Source: the human T2T-CHM13v2.0 reference genome, Homo sapiens
NCBI RefSeq assembly: GCF_009914755.1
Contig: NC_060930.1
Length of the DNA: 64,000 bases
Strand: one strand, 5' to 3'
Shown: positions 1 to 17,730 of the stretch, piece by piece
Layout of the letters: each line of letters starts with the position of its first letter
How positions within the stretch are numbered: position 1 is the first letter of the stretch
Notes under the pieces: generated by a model
Seen by the model: only the letters and a program-made list of their open reading frames with translations
What the model was told of the DNA's origin: nothing
Databases searched by the model: none
Position numbers and translations under genes: made by a program

Positions 1-195
1 TCAAAGTCATCCTTATATAAGGAACCCGCTCTCACAATAATGAGCCCACCTCCACAATAATGGCATAAATCTATTCATTAGGGTGGTGCCCTCATGATCC
101 AAACACCACCTGTTAGGTTTTACTTCCCAACACGTACACATTGGGGATCGAGTTTCCAACACATAAACTTTGGGGAACATATTCAAACCATAGTA
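1..195 (-). mobile_element. MaLR LTR fragment, MST family (MSTC/MSTD-like), 5' end of LTR; continues beyond window start
   Basis: Reverse strand reads TACTATGGTTTGAATATGTTCCCCAAAGTTTATGTGTTGGAAACTCGATCCCCAATG..., matching the start of MST LTRs. Confidence 0.8.
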
Positions 196-2615
196 TGATC
201 TTAGCAAACTCATCCCTGTTCTACCTGTCCCAGACAAGGAATAATTGAAGTATAAAGAGAAGTCAGGAATGTTCTAGCAAGAGTTTTGTTCCTTCCACAT
301 GGAATAAAATATAGGAAAGAATAATAAGCATTCCATCCCTGTCCCACCACACTCCTCCTCCCAGAATATCCTGTAATTTTCTATATAGTCTGCCTGTAAA
401 GAGTCTCAGCTACAACACATGCACAAACCAGCAAGCCTCTAAAAAAAGTCTTGAGGTTACAGTGACTAGAGATTGTTGTTTAGGAACACTGCTCCAATAC
501 CCTCATACAGATGTATGAAAGGCAGTTACTTCTTTCCTACAAAAGGGACAACAATGACATCCACCTTCCATGAAGGCTATATGCTAGCTACGCCATGGTC
601 TTGGACCCAGTTTGCTATATAAACTCTTATTTCCAAACAACCACATGACATTTTATGGAACTATTATATTTTGTCTCATAAAGGACTACCACAATTTTAC
701 CAGCTGGGTCACGAAAGGATAAGTTATTTAACTAGTCCACAAAAAATGAGCCCTGATGATCTGGTTACAGAAAACATGGGAAGAGCAAAATACTTTATGC
801 AAAATTCCCACATCGTTTGCATGTCTTTCTGCATTTCCATTTTCTATTAAAAAAATCTATCTCCATATTTTATAGTTCTTTGATTTGCTAAAACTGCAAA
901 GTAGGATACATGTCATTTGGGTTACATAATACATATCCTCTCCTGTGTGGGATATTCGAAACTGAAGTACATTACACACACTTTTGAACATGGTGTGCTA
1001 GTTTTCCTATTTCAGCACAATCATGAACATATAGCTCCTCAACAATCTTAGCTTGTTCCAATTGACTATAATTTTTATCTTTCTGATGCTCAAATGTTAA
1101 CAGCTGGGCCACTAACAGCCTTTTAAAAAATGCTGGCCTCTTTGCCCTTTTCAACGAACCCCAGACATCTCTGAAAATATGTTTGCTTTCTTACAATAAA
1201 ATATTTCAGGTCCATCTTTATCAGTTATGCCTCAAGACATGGTATTAGCTATTCTCCCAGGAGTTATAGTTGCCTTAGCAAATGATAGTAATTCTGAAAA
1301 CTGGGGTTAAGAGGGGCATAAAAAGAATTCCCATTGAGTACTTGCAGTGAACACAGTAACTCCAGAAAAGAAGAAGAATATTTCCTTTAGGTTATGAGTT
1401 TATATTGACATTTTCAAATTACCGCTATCTTTTCTCAATTTGTTTTTCTATTGAACTTGGCTAATATAAACATTTGGCAATCCAGTTTTTCTGTTCTATT
1501 GACTACCACTTCTATCTCCTTTGTCTAGTATCCTTCAAGTACCATTTCTATATACTGCATCATACCAAACCTTTCTATTAAAAACTATATATTTTTCTAT
1601 TTTCCTCATTGACTTTCAGCCAATGCATCCTAGAATTGACCCCAAAGTGTACAGATTAAATGATTTTCTCTGTCAGTATTATCGGAAAACATTACTTTCT
1701 ATTTGCAAAGAAATGAAAATGGCAATCTAACCCAGGGGATACCAGGTAATTCGAAAGCAAATGTGCCTAACACTATGCATGGACTTCCTCCCTTTGCTTA
1801 ATAAAAGTCATCAATGAAATACAGAATACAGTAAAATACTGACTCTAAAAGTTTTGTCCTTTAAGCTTCACTGTCTTTCCCTTTGGCTTTATTTTCTTGT
1901 TTTATTACTTTGTCATTAGTATTTTGATTCCTGAGGTCAGTTCAACTATAATTCTGTTTACCTTTTATTTAAACATCTACTATTGTCATTACAAGTAACT
2001 GCAGATATGTGTGACCCACCACCAGTTTTCTTTCTACTTGTATCCAAGCAACAACAACAAATCAGAATGTTATAGCAGTGAAATATTGTAGTGTAAACAT
2101 ATCAATTTTTTCATTGGTAAAAATATGCCAAATCTGGGATCAACGCCTACTTCCTGAAGAAAGAAAACATACAGTCATCTTATAAAAGTAGTAAGTATCA
2201 AAATACTACTTAATTTATTAGGCAAGATATCCCCACAGTTTGGATTGTAGCATCAAATAAAAAAAAGTGTGATGTTCCCTCTTTAGTAAAAAATCGACAT
2301 CTCTGAAAACTATTTTTGTGCCAAGTAACTTGAATATTTCACGAAAAATCATAGCACCTTGAGGTCAGAATATATTACTTTAAGAAAAATGATTTGGTAT
2401 GCACATTTCAAAACAGAGATACTTGGACCCAAGCTTCCCCTCCGTGTGGAAATAGCCGAAGCTATGAGCGGGGGCTGGAAAAGGGTGATTCATATCATGT
2501 TATGTTTTCTCACATGTGCAAATTGTTAAATGGACTCAGGTCCTGGGAATGGGCATTAACTCAGTTCACCTTGCATTCCAAATTATGACAGATGTGGTGA
2601 TCAGGACATCTTCCA

Positions 2616-2698
2616 GAGTGAGCGAGAGCGAGCAAGAACGAGAGAGCGAGAGCGAGCGACAGAGCGAGCGAGCGACAGAGCGAGCGAGCGAGCGAGTG
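2616..2698. repeat. Imperfect (GAGC)n/(GA)n CpG-rich simple repeat
   Basis: gagtgagcgagagcgagcaagaacgagagagcgagagcgagcgacagagcgagcgagcgacagagcgagcgagcgagcgagtg; 13 CpGs in 2621-2694. Confidence 0.95.
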
Positions 2699-3080
2699 CA
2701 CTGACTTGTCACTTAACTATTTTTCAGCTTCTCCGTGTCAGCAGTGCCAAGTTGATTGGTTCTTATGATCTCTCTTCAACTCTGCAATGCTGACAGCCCA
2801 GTACACTGGGCTTGCCTCATTCAGTGCCTCCTTTCCTAACGTTGTCTGTATGTAAGAAGGTTTGAGGTGCTTCAGGAGCTAGCCTAAACCCCTAAACATT
2901 GACATTTTTTATCAAAAAGTGATTTATTAGGAACTTTGAACTCATGCCATCTAGTTTAGGTGAAACTTGCTTGTTGCATGTATAGGCATGTGTCCAACCT
3001 TGGGTATTTCAGAGTAGTTCTCCATGTAAGTGAGGCTAGGTGTTGAAGTCATCATATCAGATAAAAATTAGGTATAATCC

Positions 3081-3468
<388 letters not shown>

Positions 3469-3586
3469 CTAAAAGACTATGATTGGCTTTGTCTTTGTTT
3501 CTTTCTGTATTTTGGACTTGTCCTTCTTTTACTCTGGGAAGTGGAGACCCAGAGATCTAGTTTGAAGAAAAGGAAAGCAAAGAACT

Positions 3587-3609
3587 AAAAAAAAAAAAAA
3601 AAAAAAAAA
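3587..3609. repeat. Poly(A) run (A23) with no recognisable retroelement body upstream
   Basis: Direct read of the sequence. Confidence 0.9.
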
Positions 3610-6600
3610 GATTTCTCTCCTACTTGGTTGAAGGAAATGAGGTTAAAAGGGCATACACTCAAAACTATAGTTCATTTATTTGATAGATGTTCACTGATCA
3701 CTGCTCTAAGTGCTAGAGGTATGATAAGTGAACCAAACATGGGAAAAATCTCTCTTCATGAAATTTACATTCTATAATAGTAACTATTTAATGGTTTCCC
3801 AGCTTTACTAAAGGAGGGTACTTTTTCTTTTCTTACTGTTTTTAGCTGGTTTTGGAAGAAAATTAAAAATATCATTATTTTGCTGTCTTAGTAAGTCATT
3901 TGTGTTGGCTTTGTTAATGCGATAGCATGCTGAGTGGATTATAAAGCAGCCCAGCTTACCTGGGTTATTTGAGCAGAGTTCATTTACAGAATATTGCAGA
4001 CATCCATGTGCCCACTGATTTACTGTATTCAGCTACCAACTCTACGCATATAGACACCTCCGCATACATACACACAATACCTACAACTTGCCTGGGCAAA
4101 TAATAAGAGTTTACTGTAAATTCATGGGCTTGATACAATTTGTATATTATCCCCTGAACTAAATTTCTGTGTTACCTACAATCCTTTGCCATAATTTCCT
4201 ATGTCTATCCAGTTGGCTGCATGACAGAAAAGAATGATCACCCAAATTTTTATTAATAGAGTACCAAGCCTCATGGTCTCCGTTCTTTCTTCCTTAATGC
4301 AAAAAATAAAAAAGAAAGATTATATTTTTACCATCGGAATTCCTCTGACTCATCATCCATTTCTAAAATTGCTCTGAGACTGCTTTCTGGGCAGAGAAGT
4401 GAGAAGCTCACTCTGAATAACACAGCAACTGTCATTTAGTACATTCTCTGAGGTTAACTACACTTGCCCCTTCTTTCACAGAATAGTAGCCATTTCTACT
4501 ATAGAATTCTTCTGGTCCTCATCCATTTCTTCCCAGTGAGCGCTTGAATTGTTTTTGACAGCAATACGTGCTCTGCTCCTGGCACCATCTCCTATGACTC
4601 TACTATAACCAATGTTTGAATTACCATGTGGAACAAGCACAAGCCTGTATTTCTGTCATAATTGCCTTTCATTCAGTAAACTGTGGAATAGGTAAGACCA
4701 CGGTAGCTCATAAAGAATATTTAGGACTCCTACTGTGATAAAACCTTTCTGATAAGAACATATTTTACATGGTCTCCACTTAGACCATGAATGACTACTG
4801 AATACATCCTGTGTTACTATAGTAATTGATTTACACAATAGCTTTCATGTAGCACATACAAACTCACTCTTTGGCCAAATACGAAAGATTTTTGAATGCA
4901 ACAAGTTTGGTGGAGCAGAGAGCCTGCTGAGCTGAAAAGCAAATACAGCTATCTGATTAATTGATTCTGACCTCATAAATATTATACTTTGGGGGCTCTA
5001 ATGGAACTTCCTGAGGGTAAATTGTATGGTTCACCTCATTCATTTATATCTCTGGCTGACAGATGTACATTATAAAATGTCACTGAATATGCTGGCAATA
5101 AATGAGGTATAACATTAGCATCTTGATTCTGTGGTGAGATTTTTATGGCACACTTTTGTTAAATGATTCCAACAGTAGTAAAAATATTACAATATTATTT
5201 CAATATATATAGTCCTGTCTTTTTTTAATCAGTCTTCCAGCAATTCACATCGCTCTCCTTTAGTTATAACTAACATTTCTGCATTTATAAAGCAGGTCTC
5301 TCTTTTAATGTATTCTATCTCTCCTGAATAATTAACAATTGCTGACTAGTGGTAACAAGAAGCTCTGGGCATTCTTGTTGTTGTGCTATTAATATGCTTT
5401 ATAACATTTCAAACTTCATTATGAGGCAAAACTCAAGAGATAAGGCACAAATTGATAGTCTTGTTTAGCAATTAAAATTTCAGCCTCATGATAATGATGA
5501 AAAAGTTATTTCATTTCATTCAAAGAAACATTTATAAATATTAAAAATCTACAGAATAAAAGCAAAACCAAAGGAATTTTATAAAATAATAGCATAACTA
5601 TTTTAACACACGTATTTGGTTTTATTATGCTAACATCTCCCAGAGAAAAATGCATTGTACCTATACTACGAGAGCCTAAAATATGCAAATTTCAGTGAAC
5701 ATTAATCTTGCCAGTGAAAAGATGATTATTTTAAAGGCAATTTAGCTTCAAGAAAAGGTTAAAAAGAAAAAAAGCATGTCTGCCAAATAGAACAATTTAA
5801 TAATATACTTGGAGCACCATTATTCTTTTTTTGTTTTGGATTTTTGGAACTCAGGAAAATAAAAGAACATTTATTTTTCAGAAGTTAGAATCCTTCTCAC
5901 CATTTAAAGATCTGAGAATTTGAATATTAAAGACAGAATTTCATATTGGTTACATGGTTACCATTCTTATAAAGCTTTTTCTATATTTTGTGTTGTATTA
6001 TTTCGATATCTTTACACATTTCGAAGGAAAAACATATTTAATCTTGTTTTTTCAGTGAGAGGCAAGAATATAGAGAAGTTATGAAGCATGAGTATGGTGT
6101 TAAGAAATCAGGGGTTGAGCTGGTTATTATCAAATGTCACAATCTAATTTAGTCAGCCAAACATGTTCAGTCTGCTTTTTACCTTAACTGAAGCCCAGCT
6201 AAACAAACAACGACAATACTCTAAAAAAATCTAGTGGCTGAAATGCAAATAATTTCTAACATGATTAGTAAACTTACATTTAAAGTTCCTAGATAAAAAG
6301 TAAATAAAAAAGAACATGGCTTTGGCATAGAGGAAAGACTCACATTTGTTGTAATACAAGTAAATGTAGCATGGATATTTCCAGATACTGCTAATTTAAT
6401 GTTAAAAGTGGCTAAAATTATGCTATAGATGTATTTTCAGATTTCCTCAATTAACTTTAACACAACCTTCAGACCTCCACTTCTGTCCCTTGTGCAGAGA
6501 AATCTTCTTTGATCCTCTTTTCATGTTCTTTTGTTACTTTCTTTTTTGCCTTTATACATTCCTGAGTGTGATTATGTGATTAAAACCTACCTCTTCTACT

Positions 6601-6999
6601 AGACTGTTAGGGCCATGAAAGAGGAATCTAAGCACATTTATTGTATTCCCAGAGTACTAAATTAATCTGCTGAAAATTTTAATTTACACTGCATTTGACT
6701 AAAAATTCTAATTTTTTCAAATATGTGTAAATGTCAATTTTGTGCTATATTTATAGTTTTATTAAATTTTAATTTACTATAAATAACTGAAATATGTCTG
6801 TCTCCTAAAAATGTTGAAATCTAAGTGGGAAATATAGGATTCAACGTTGAAAATTTTTTTAATGGAATTCTGTTGAACAATGTGTACATTTTTTTTAAAA
6901 TCCTTTGACCCATGTCTCTGACAGCACATAAAATATCATTATTGTTAATATTTTAAGATGTATTTTATATTTGTCCTTTATTCCCTTAAAAATTTAGGT

Positions 7000-7215
7000 A
7001 AAGCTTATCAAACCTGAGGCCCACAACACAGGACAGTTTTGAATGCAGACCAACATAAATTTGTTAATTTTCTTAAAACATTATGAGATTTTTGTGATTT
7101 TTTTTTTTTTTTAGTTCATCAGCTATCATTAGTGTTAGTGTATTTTGTGTGTGGCCCAAGACAATTTTCCTTCTTTCAATGTGACCCAGGGAAGCCAAAA
7201 GATCGTACACCCCTG
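7000..7215 (-). mobile_element. MER30 (hAT-Charlie non-autonomous DNA transposon)
   Basis: Reverse strand starts CAGGGGTGTACGATCTTTTGGCTTCCCTGGG; perfect 8-bp TSD ATTTAGGT at 6992-6999 and 7216-7223. Confidence 0.92.
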
Positions 7216-8114
7216 ATTTAGGTGAAAAGCTCAATTAGTTTCTTTTATTTTTAAAAATCAGCAAATTGGTCATTTGGCAAACTGATTCTCAAATAATTGA
7301 TTTGAGGTGAATTAAACTGCTTCTTATTTACAGTGTTTAGCAAAAATCCTAGCAAAATAAATATGTATGCTTTTTGATTTGTAATCTGTAAAGTTATATT
7401 TTTTAAAAATAGTTTCCATACTATGAGAAAGGTTCTTGTTGGATTCATTTAGATAGATATTGAGCCACTTTACAAAGACTTTTAACCTCCCATAATCTCT
7501 CTTCTTTTGAAAAACGTATACCAATAATTCGTTGCCTCTCTGATGGGAATTTTGGAGAGATTAAACAATGTATATGTAGGCCTTTTGTAAACTATAGAGA
7601 ATTATAAACATATAAGGCAGTCAAAAAGCAGCTTAATATAAAGGATCATTTGTGCATGACCCATCTATCTTTGTAAAATTGTTCCACACGAATGGTACAT
7701 TAATTCTTGAGGGCTTTTGGAGTTAATCAACCAGAGGTCCAGGGTTATAACAGTTTCATGGGTATTTTCAGGGTGTTTTGTCAAATTCCTTTTTTTAGAA
7801 AAGCAAACACTATTTATTCCTAGAACTTCCTTAGGACTGTAATCCATAGACAATTTACACTACCAATCAGGACCTCTTCAACACCAAATAAAACAAATTC
7901 TCAACCATTTATTGGTATGTAACTTATCTGAACATACTTTCAAATTGTTCTTATTCATTGCCACTAATAAAAGGTAGAATTTGTTATATTCTTACCTTAT
8001 ATTTTGGCTATGAAATAAGAGGTGCCCTGCTTCATCAAGCTCCTGTGTAGGTGGATGTCATTGGAAGTCTTATGGCACAATGGTCAGAAAAGTCAGTTTA
8101 GTCCATTGAATCTT

Positions 8115-8240
8115 CAAGTTGCAGATGAAAACAAATACACCTTAGTGAGCTTGAGAATTTAGTTGCTCAATGGCCAAAGAGCTAGTAAACATTGGAGCTG
8201 GGATGCAGCTTTGGGGCTTTCTGACTTAGAAGGCCATACC
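8115..8240 (-). mobile_element. MIR fragment
   Basis: cagatgaaaac...agttgctcaatggccaaagagctagtaaacattggagctgggat resembles the reversed MIR core. Confidence 0.55.
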
Positions 8241-8362
8241 TTAACTCACTGTCTAGATAGGTGACTGTTAGGGGAAAGCTAAACTCTTTCCTCTTTAAAA
8301 CCTGTAAAATAATTTCTCAACTATTTATTGGCATCTACTTTATCTCAATGTATTTTCAGTTA

Positions 8363-8665
8363 CAGCCATCCCTCACTATTGGTTTTAGGACCTCTACAGA
8401 TAACAAAATCCATGGATGCTCGAGTTTCCAATATAAAATGGCATAATATTTGCATGTAACCTTTGCACATTCTTCCATATAATTTTAATCATCTCTAGAT
8501 TACTTATAATACCTAATATAATGTAAATGCTATATAGATAGCTGTTATATGGTATTTTATTTGAATTATTATTGTTTTTTTTTTTTTACTGTTTTTTAAT
8601 GAATATTTTAGATCCATAGTTGGTTGAATCTGTGGACAAAGAACTCATGGATCCAGGGCCAACTA
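8363..8665 (+). mobile_element. MER2-type TcMar-Tigger MITE
   Basis: CAGCCATCCCTC...AAAATCCATGGATGCTC...TCATCTCTAGATTACTTATAATACCTAAT...TTGGTTGAATC...GGGCCAACT; TA dinucleotides on both flanks. Confidence 0.88.
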
Positions 8666-9009
8666 TAGTTTTCTCAATTAAATGTCACCCTTAAAGAGTA
8701 AAATTTGCTGTTCTTCCTTTCAGGTACAATGAAAAGAGATGTACTCTAATATCAAATGTCAAATATAAAACTGACTTGCAATCTATAAACGCTGGAGTTC
8801 ATCTTAGCTCCATGTTTTACTTTACACTGTGGCCAACTAAGGCAGATGGGAAGCGAAGCAAAGAAAGAAGAATTGTTTGCATCCCAATGGCAAAGCAGTG
8901 TTCTGAGGTCCCCTCCCATCACCACATATACACACACACACGGTTCTTAATTCACCTTTAACTTCTGAAGTTCTGTACCTTATATTTGCTCAACGCTTAG
9001 ATCCACTTT

Positions 9010-9205
9010 CTGCTTACTTAATTCTACTTACTAGTTTTATATCCTTGAGTCTCTGTTTTCTCATATATAACATGAGAAATACTACATATTATCATATACA
9101 GTATATTAACATAATATGCTTTTTAGAACTGTTGTGATTCAATGTGATGAGACAATTTATATGAACTTCTTAAAATAGCAAGTGGCATTTAGAAACAATA
9201 AAAAT
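9010..9205 (+). mobile_element. MIR fragment
   Basis: ctacttactag...tctctgttttctcat...gttgtgattcaatg...gtggcatttag. Confidence 0.5.
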
Positions 9206-9379
9206 AAAAATTATATTTATTATCAATGTTAATAATCTATTATAGAAAATCAAAAAGAATAAGAGAGAAGATGGAAAACGGGAAAATAAAAAGAAATGAA
9301 GGGAAGAGAAAGAAATCTATGTGTCTTTGGAGATAAATATGAAAGTGAAGATACAAGGCAATGCTTCGCATCGCACCTG

Positions 9380-9715
9380 ACTTCTTTCTCTTTTCTGCTC
9401 TCATCTCCCACCATTCTCTTCTTTGCTCCCTATAGTCCGTCCATGCTGATCTACCTGCCTTTTCTACATACACCTTGCTTCCTAGTACTCCCAATCCTTT
9501 TCACATTCCATTCCTTCTCCTTTGAACAATATAGTTGTCCATTTTTAATCCATGGAAGAATTATTCACAAGCTTGACAAAATTTATACAGAACTGCAGTT
9601 GTTTATGTGCACAGTGTATCACTCGACTAGATTTTTACATTTTTTAAAGAAGGAGAGCCTTGTTCAGTGTTGTATCTTCTGTGGCACCTACAGATGTTTA
9701 TTGAATTGAATAAAA
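9380..9715 (+). mobile_element. L2 3' fragment
   Basis: Pyrimidine-rich L2-like body ending tgttcagtgttgtatc...ggcacctacagatgtttattgaattgaataaa. Confidence 0.45.
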
Positions 9716-10372
9716 TGTTCACAATCTTGCTTTCTTCATTTTTTAGGAAACAACTGACTTATATATCATGGTTTTTTACAATTTCTCTCTGAGTTAAAAA
9801 CAAAAACAATCTTTTTACATTTTTTACCCCATCTTTATCTATTAATGTACTTGCTTTGGAATAAGATGGAGTACTTACACTGCAATGGGAAAATTCATTT
9901 TTCAACACTGGATGCATTTTGGAACTACTAGAACACTTAAAAAAATACTGTTGTTCAGCATATACTCCACAATAAATCGGAATCTATCTTGGTCTTTATT
10001 GGGGAAGAGGAGCTGGCATGAGATTTTTGTTTGTTTGTTTCATGGGTTATTTTCATGCTAAGCCACAGTTGAACCATTGGTTTAACTCCATGACTTTGTG
10101 GTTGGATTGGACGAAAAATGGGCAGCCAAACATGGCCAATCTCTGCTTCATGTACACGACTGCCAACTTCTTTAACTTCACCCAAAGAATGATTTGGAGC
10201 CTGTCATCAGAGGAGAACAGAGTGGTAGAGCCAATAGTGGGGACACTGATGGAATTAATAATTTGGAGACTATGTAGCCAATGACATATTTCACCCAGAC
10301 ATGGAGATCACCATTGAAACCAGAGTAAGTGACTTGAGGGGCAAGTTTCTTTTAGCCAAGCAAAGATTAACA

Positions 10373-10540
10373 ATGTGGCATAAAGAATTTGGCTTTGGGA
10401 ATGCACAGAATAGAATTTGAATTCTGGGCCTGCCACTTATTTGCTGTAGGCAAGTCACTTTGTCTATCTGACGTTTAATTTCTCATGCATGAAATTAAAG
10501 CAATAATACTAACATTAAAGAGCAACTGTGATAATTAAGA
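10373..10540 (+). mobile_element. MIR
   Basis: ggctttggga...tttgaattctgggcctgccacttatttgctgtaggcaagtcacttt...tttctcat matches the MIR core. Confidence 0.75.
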
Positions 10541-12121
10541 AAAACTCATCATAATTTGGCTGCATTGTCCTACTGCATTAACTCCCTAAAACTCTATGCA
10601 TGACCTCTGGGAACCATATTCTTTCAAATCCTAAGACATAGTTGATGATTCTTAAGAAATGCATTCACTCAGGGCTACAATGAAATCATGCTGACCTTAT
10701 TCTATGAAGGCAACAAATCATGGCTTGCTCTTCATGAGTTTTATCCTTGAATTCTACTTATATGTATTCGCCAGAAACTTCTGTTTATAGGTTGCCCTTT
10801 AAAAGACACAGAATTACTCACGTCCTTAAAAATCCTGGACTTGCATCTGCCAGAAACTCTGAGATTCACTCCTTCCCACCCGCACACCCGTCTTCATTTA
10901 TAGTCTTTCATCCTTTATACATGACACCTCTGGCTGGGTGCCTGGAAGGAAATGCATGACCCATAAAGTTAACCTACCTCAGGAGCAGTAGACAAACAGG
11001 CTTAATTTAACCCAGAAGACACCAAGAAGTAATAACTTGGAAATGGAGACCAGGCTGAGCTAATATATAGGCAGCCTTGAGGACTATCATTTATAGCAGG
11101 GTGTACAGCATTCAGGCACGGATTAGCTCACCCAGAAGGCAGTGAGCCAGCAGCCAAGTCTCAACTTTAATTATAAGATAACTGGTAGGTTTCTGCTCTA
11201 CATATTCCAGGCAATTTGGTCAGCTGAAAGAGTATATATCCGTCTTGCTCCAACGCAAGCCACCATGAGCAAATTTGTGACTCAGTAAAAGGTAACATAA
11301 TATGTTAAGTGATACATCAGACTGCCCACCCCTAAATCGTCCCAAAGGGAAGATCATAAAATTATAGTACGTTTACGTAAGTGTGAATCCTTAAATATCT
11401 CCAATCTAGAATAATTGTTTTGGTATATGGGAGAACATGTGAGTGTATTTTTAAGAAAATAGGGATGAGAGCAGGTTCTTTCTCAAGCATTTTGTTCCAA
11501 TGACTTATTTCTGCCATCCAATTTAACACATCTAAAACAGAAAATGAGAAAATTAAGAAATATGAGTAAAATAGAGTCTAAGAGAAACCACAAAATCTGG
11601 TGTCACTATCAGGCTGTCTTTTTCAAGCCTTTCTCACTTCACAAATCTGCATTTACTCCAGAGCTGGAAGAAAATTGCTATGAGGACAAACCACTGGGGA
11701 ATCTTACTCTGTTGGTTTAACAGCCCAAACCAGGGTCTAATGATTAGCAGTCTCATGCTTGGCCTGCTGCTTTCTTTATTCCTTCCTCTTTAAATATCCT
11801 GGTACAGTGATAGAGTTTTGTTTGATTTCTTCCTGCTCCTAATAGCTTCTTGGATAGCCAAGAAGCAGTGTCAGAGGCACAATCGCCTTGAAGGGATAAT
11901 GTCTTTTCCTGAACCAAAGGAGGCTGCTTTGATTAGAGAAAGGAAGGAATGGGAAGAGGACACATCATTTCTCCTTACTATTATTAATTACAGTAAATTT
12001 TCATTTTCAGAAAGAGACATATTTATTCTCAATAACTTCCCAAACTTAAGATGAATTACAGCCCATAACTGTAAGATGGTTTTCAATTGTGGATTGTTAT
12101 TGTAAGAAGAGGCAGAAGACA

Positions 12122-13110
<989 letters not shown>

Positions 13111-13665
13111 TTTTTGATTTGGGCAAACCTAAGAAGAAACACTTTACTATGAGGAAATCCATTCAATCATTTTCAGGAGCTGTAGTTCAACTATTCAACT
13201 AGTACTAGTTTGAATAGTACAAGACATCATATATTTGATACAATGGTATCATGATATATATTCCAAATAGAGAATTCCAGAGGATTCCATTTGAGTTGAG
13301 GTGAATGGAGAAAAGTGAGGTACGGCAAAGTAAGAGTCATTTATTTTCTCTATTGTTGCTTCTGATGTTCCCTGTTACGGAAAGTGTGAGTACGGAGTTG
13401 TAATCAGAAAACCTGGGTCAGGACCAACACTTTTTACAAAATGGCTTTCTTCCTACACATACTTTATATAGTTTAGAATCAAGTGTATGAATCTCCTTCC
13501 TGGGAAAGAAATGATCAGTAACTTTCAAACATTGCAAATCATAAATTACTCAGAATGTAACTAACAAGTGTTAACTGAGCACCTGTCATGTGCCAATGCT
13601 CTTCTGGGCCCTATGTATAGAGGGATAAATGATACAGTAGGACTAGTATTAAAAATACAGAAGTC

Positions 13666-14146
<481 letters not shown>

Positions 14147-14373
14147 TCATCAAAGAGGCCTTGACTCATAGCCTACCTAGAGGCTACTTTTGTTTCTATT
14201 CTCAAGATAGTCATCATTCTTCCTAGAATTTAAAATAACCTTCATTTGTGTCTTTGCTCTTCTCATCTCAAATTCATCATTTTTCCTAGGACCCCATTTG
14301 TTTGTCTTTAACACATGGTTAGCGAGATTAACCTACATGACGAGAATAAGTAACACCTAACAAAATTTATCAT

Positions 14374-16306
<1,933 letters not shown>

Positions 16307-16836
16307 CTTAAAAAAAAACCATTGAGGAAATAAAAAAAAAAATTATCACAGACACATAAAATATCTGCATATCTGATCACCTTAACTTGCAATGACATTA
16401 CTGATTATATGAGAGGCAAAGTAATTTCTAGTCGGAACTTCAAAATGAAGATTTTATTTTAGTTTTTTTCCATTTTTCTCCTTCCACTTGTCTCTGTTCC
16501 CTGCAGGTGTGCCTACCTTTAGGCTCCTGCCAGCCCCTAACTGTGAAACTTCAGCTAGTTCTCCCTACAGGCGGGACTCTCCAGCACGCCCGACTATTCC
16601 ATAACTCCAAGTTACTTGCCTCCCCACTCTTTATAGCCAACAACTCATTGAGTCCCATGATTCTCTCCCACTCTTCAATTCCTTCTTTCCAAGAATAGTA
16701 CCGGAAATCTAGCAGTGTTGAATCTCAGGCTCTGAGTCAGCCACTAGAGATGACATTCGTTTTGAAAAACAGAAGGCCTTTTAAGGCCTGGGCAACTGGA
16801 ATTGCGTTGAGTAGTGTGTGTATATGAATATGTATA

Positions 16837-17730
<894 letters not shown>

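Noticed and set aside
2586-2711. C/D-box snoRNA-like layout: terminal stem TGACAG/TTGTCA, GTGGTGA at 2594-2600, CTGA at 2701-2704
   Set aside because: The C box lacks the A needed for the kink-turn G-A pair (GTGGTGA versus RTGATGA), the interior is a simple repeat with no recognisable guide, and CTGAC may simply be a branch-point-like motif
2737-2794. Start GTCAGCAGTGCC resembles the flank of pre-miR-16-1
   Set aside because: The mature miR-16 sequence (TAGCAGCACGTAAATATTGGCG) is absent; only a 12-nt coincidence
10018-10331. 88-aa ORF and downstream AGA|gtaagt donor in unique sequence
   Set aside because: No recognisable protein, no convincing upstream acceptor, and overlapping ORFs on both strands look random
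11259-11288. Near-perfect Kozak GCCACCATG
   Set aside because: Opens only a 7-codon ORF (MSKFVTQ) with no promoter or exon context
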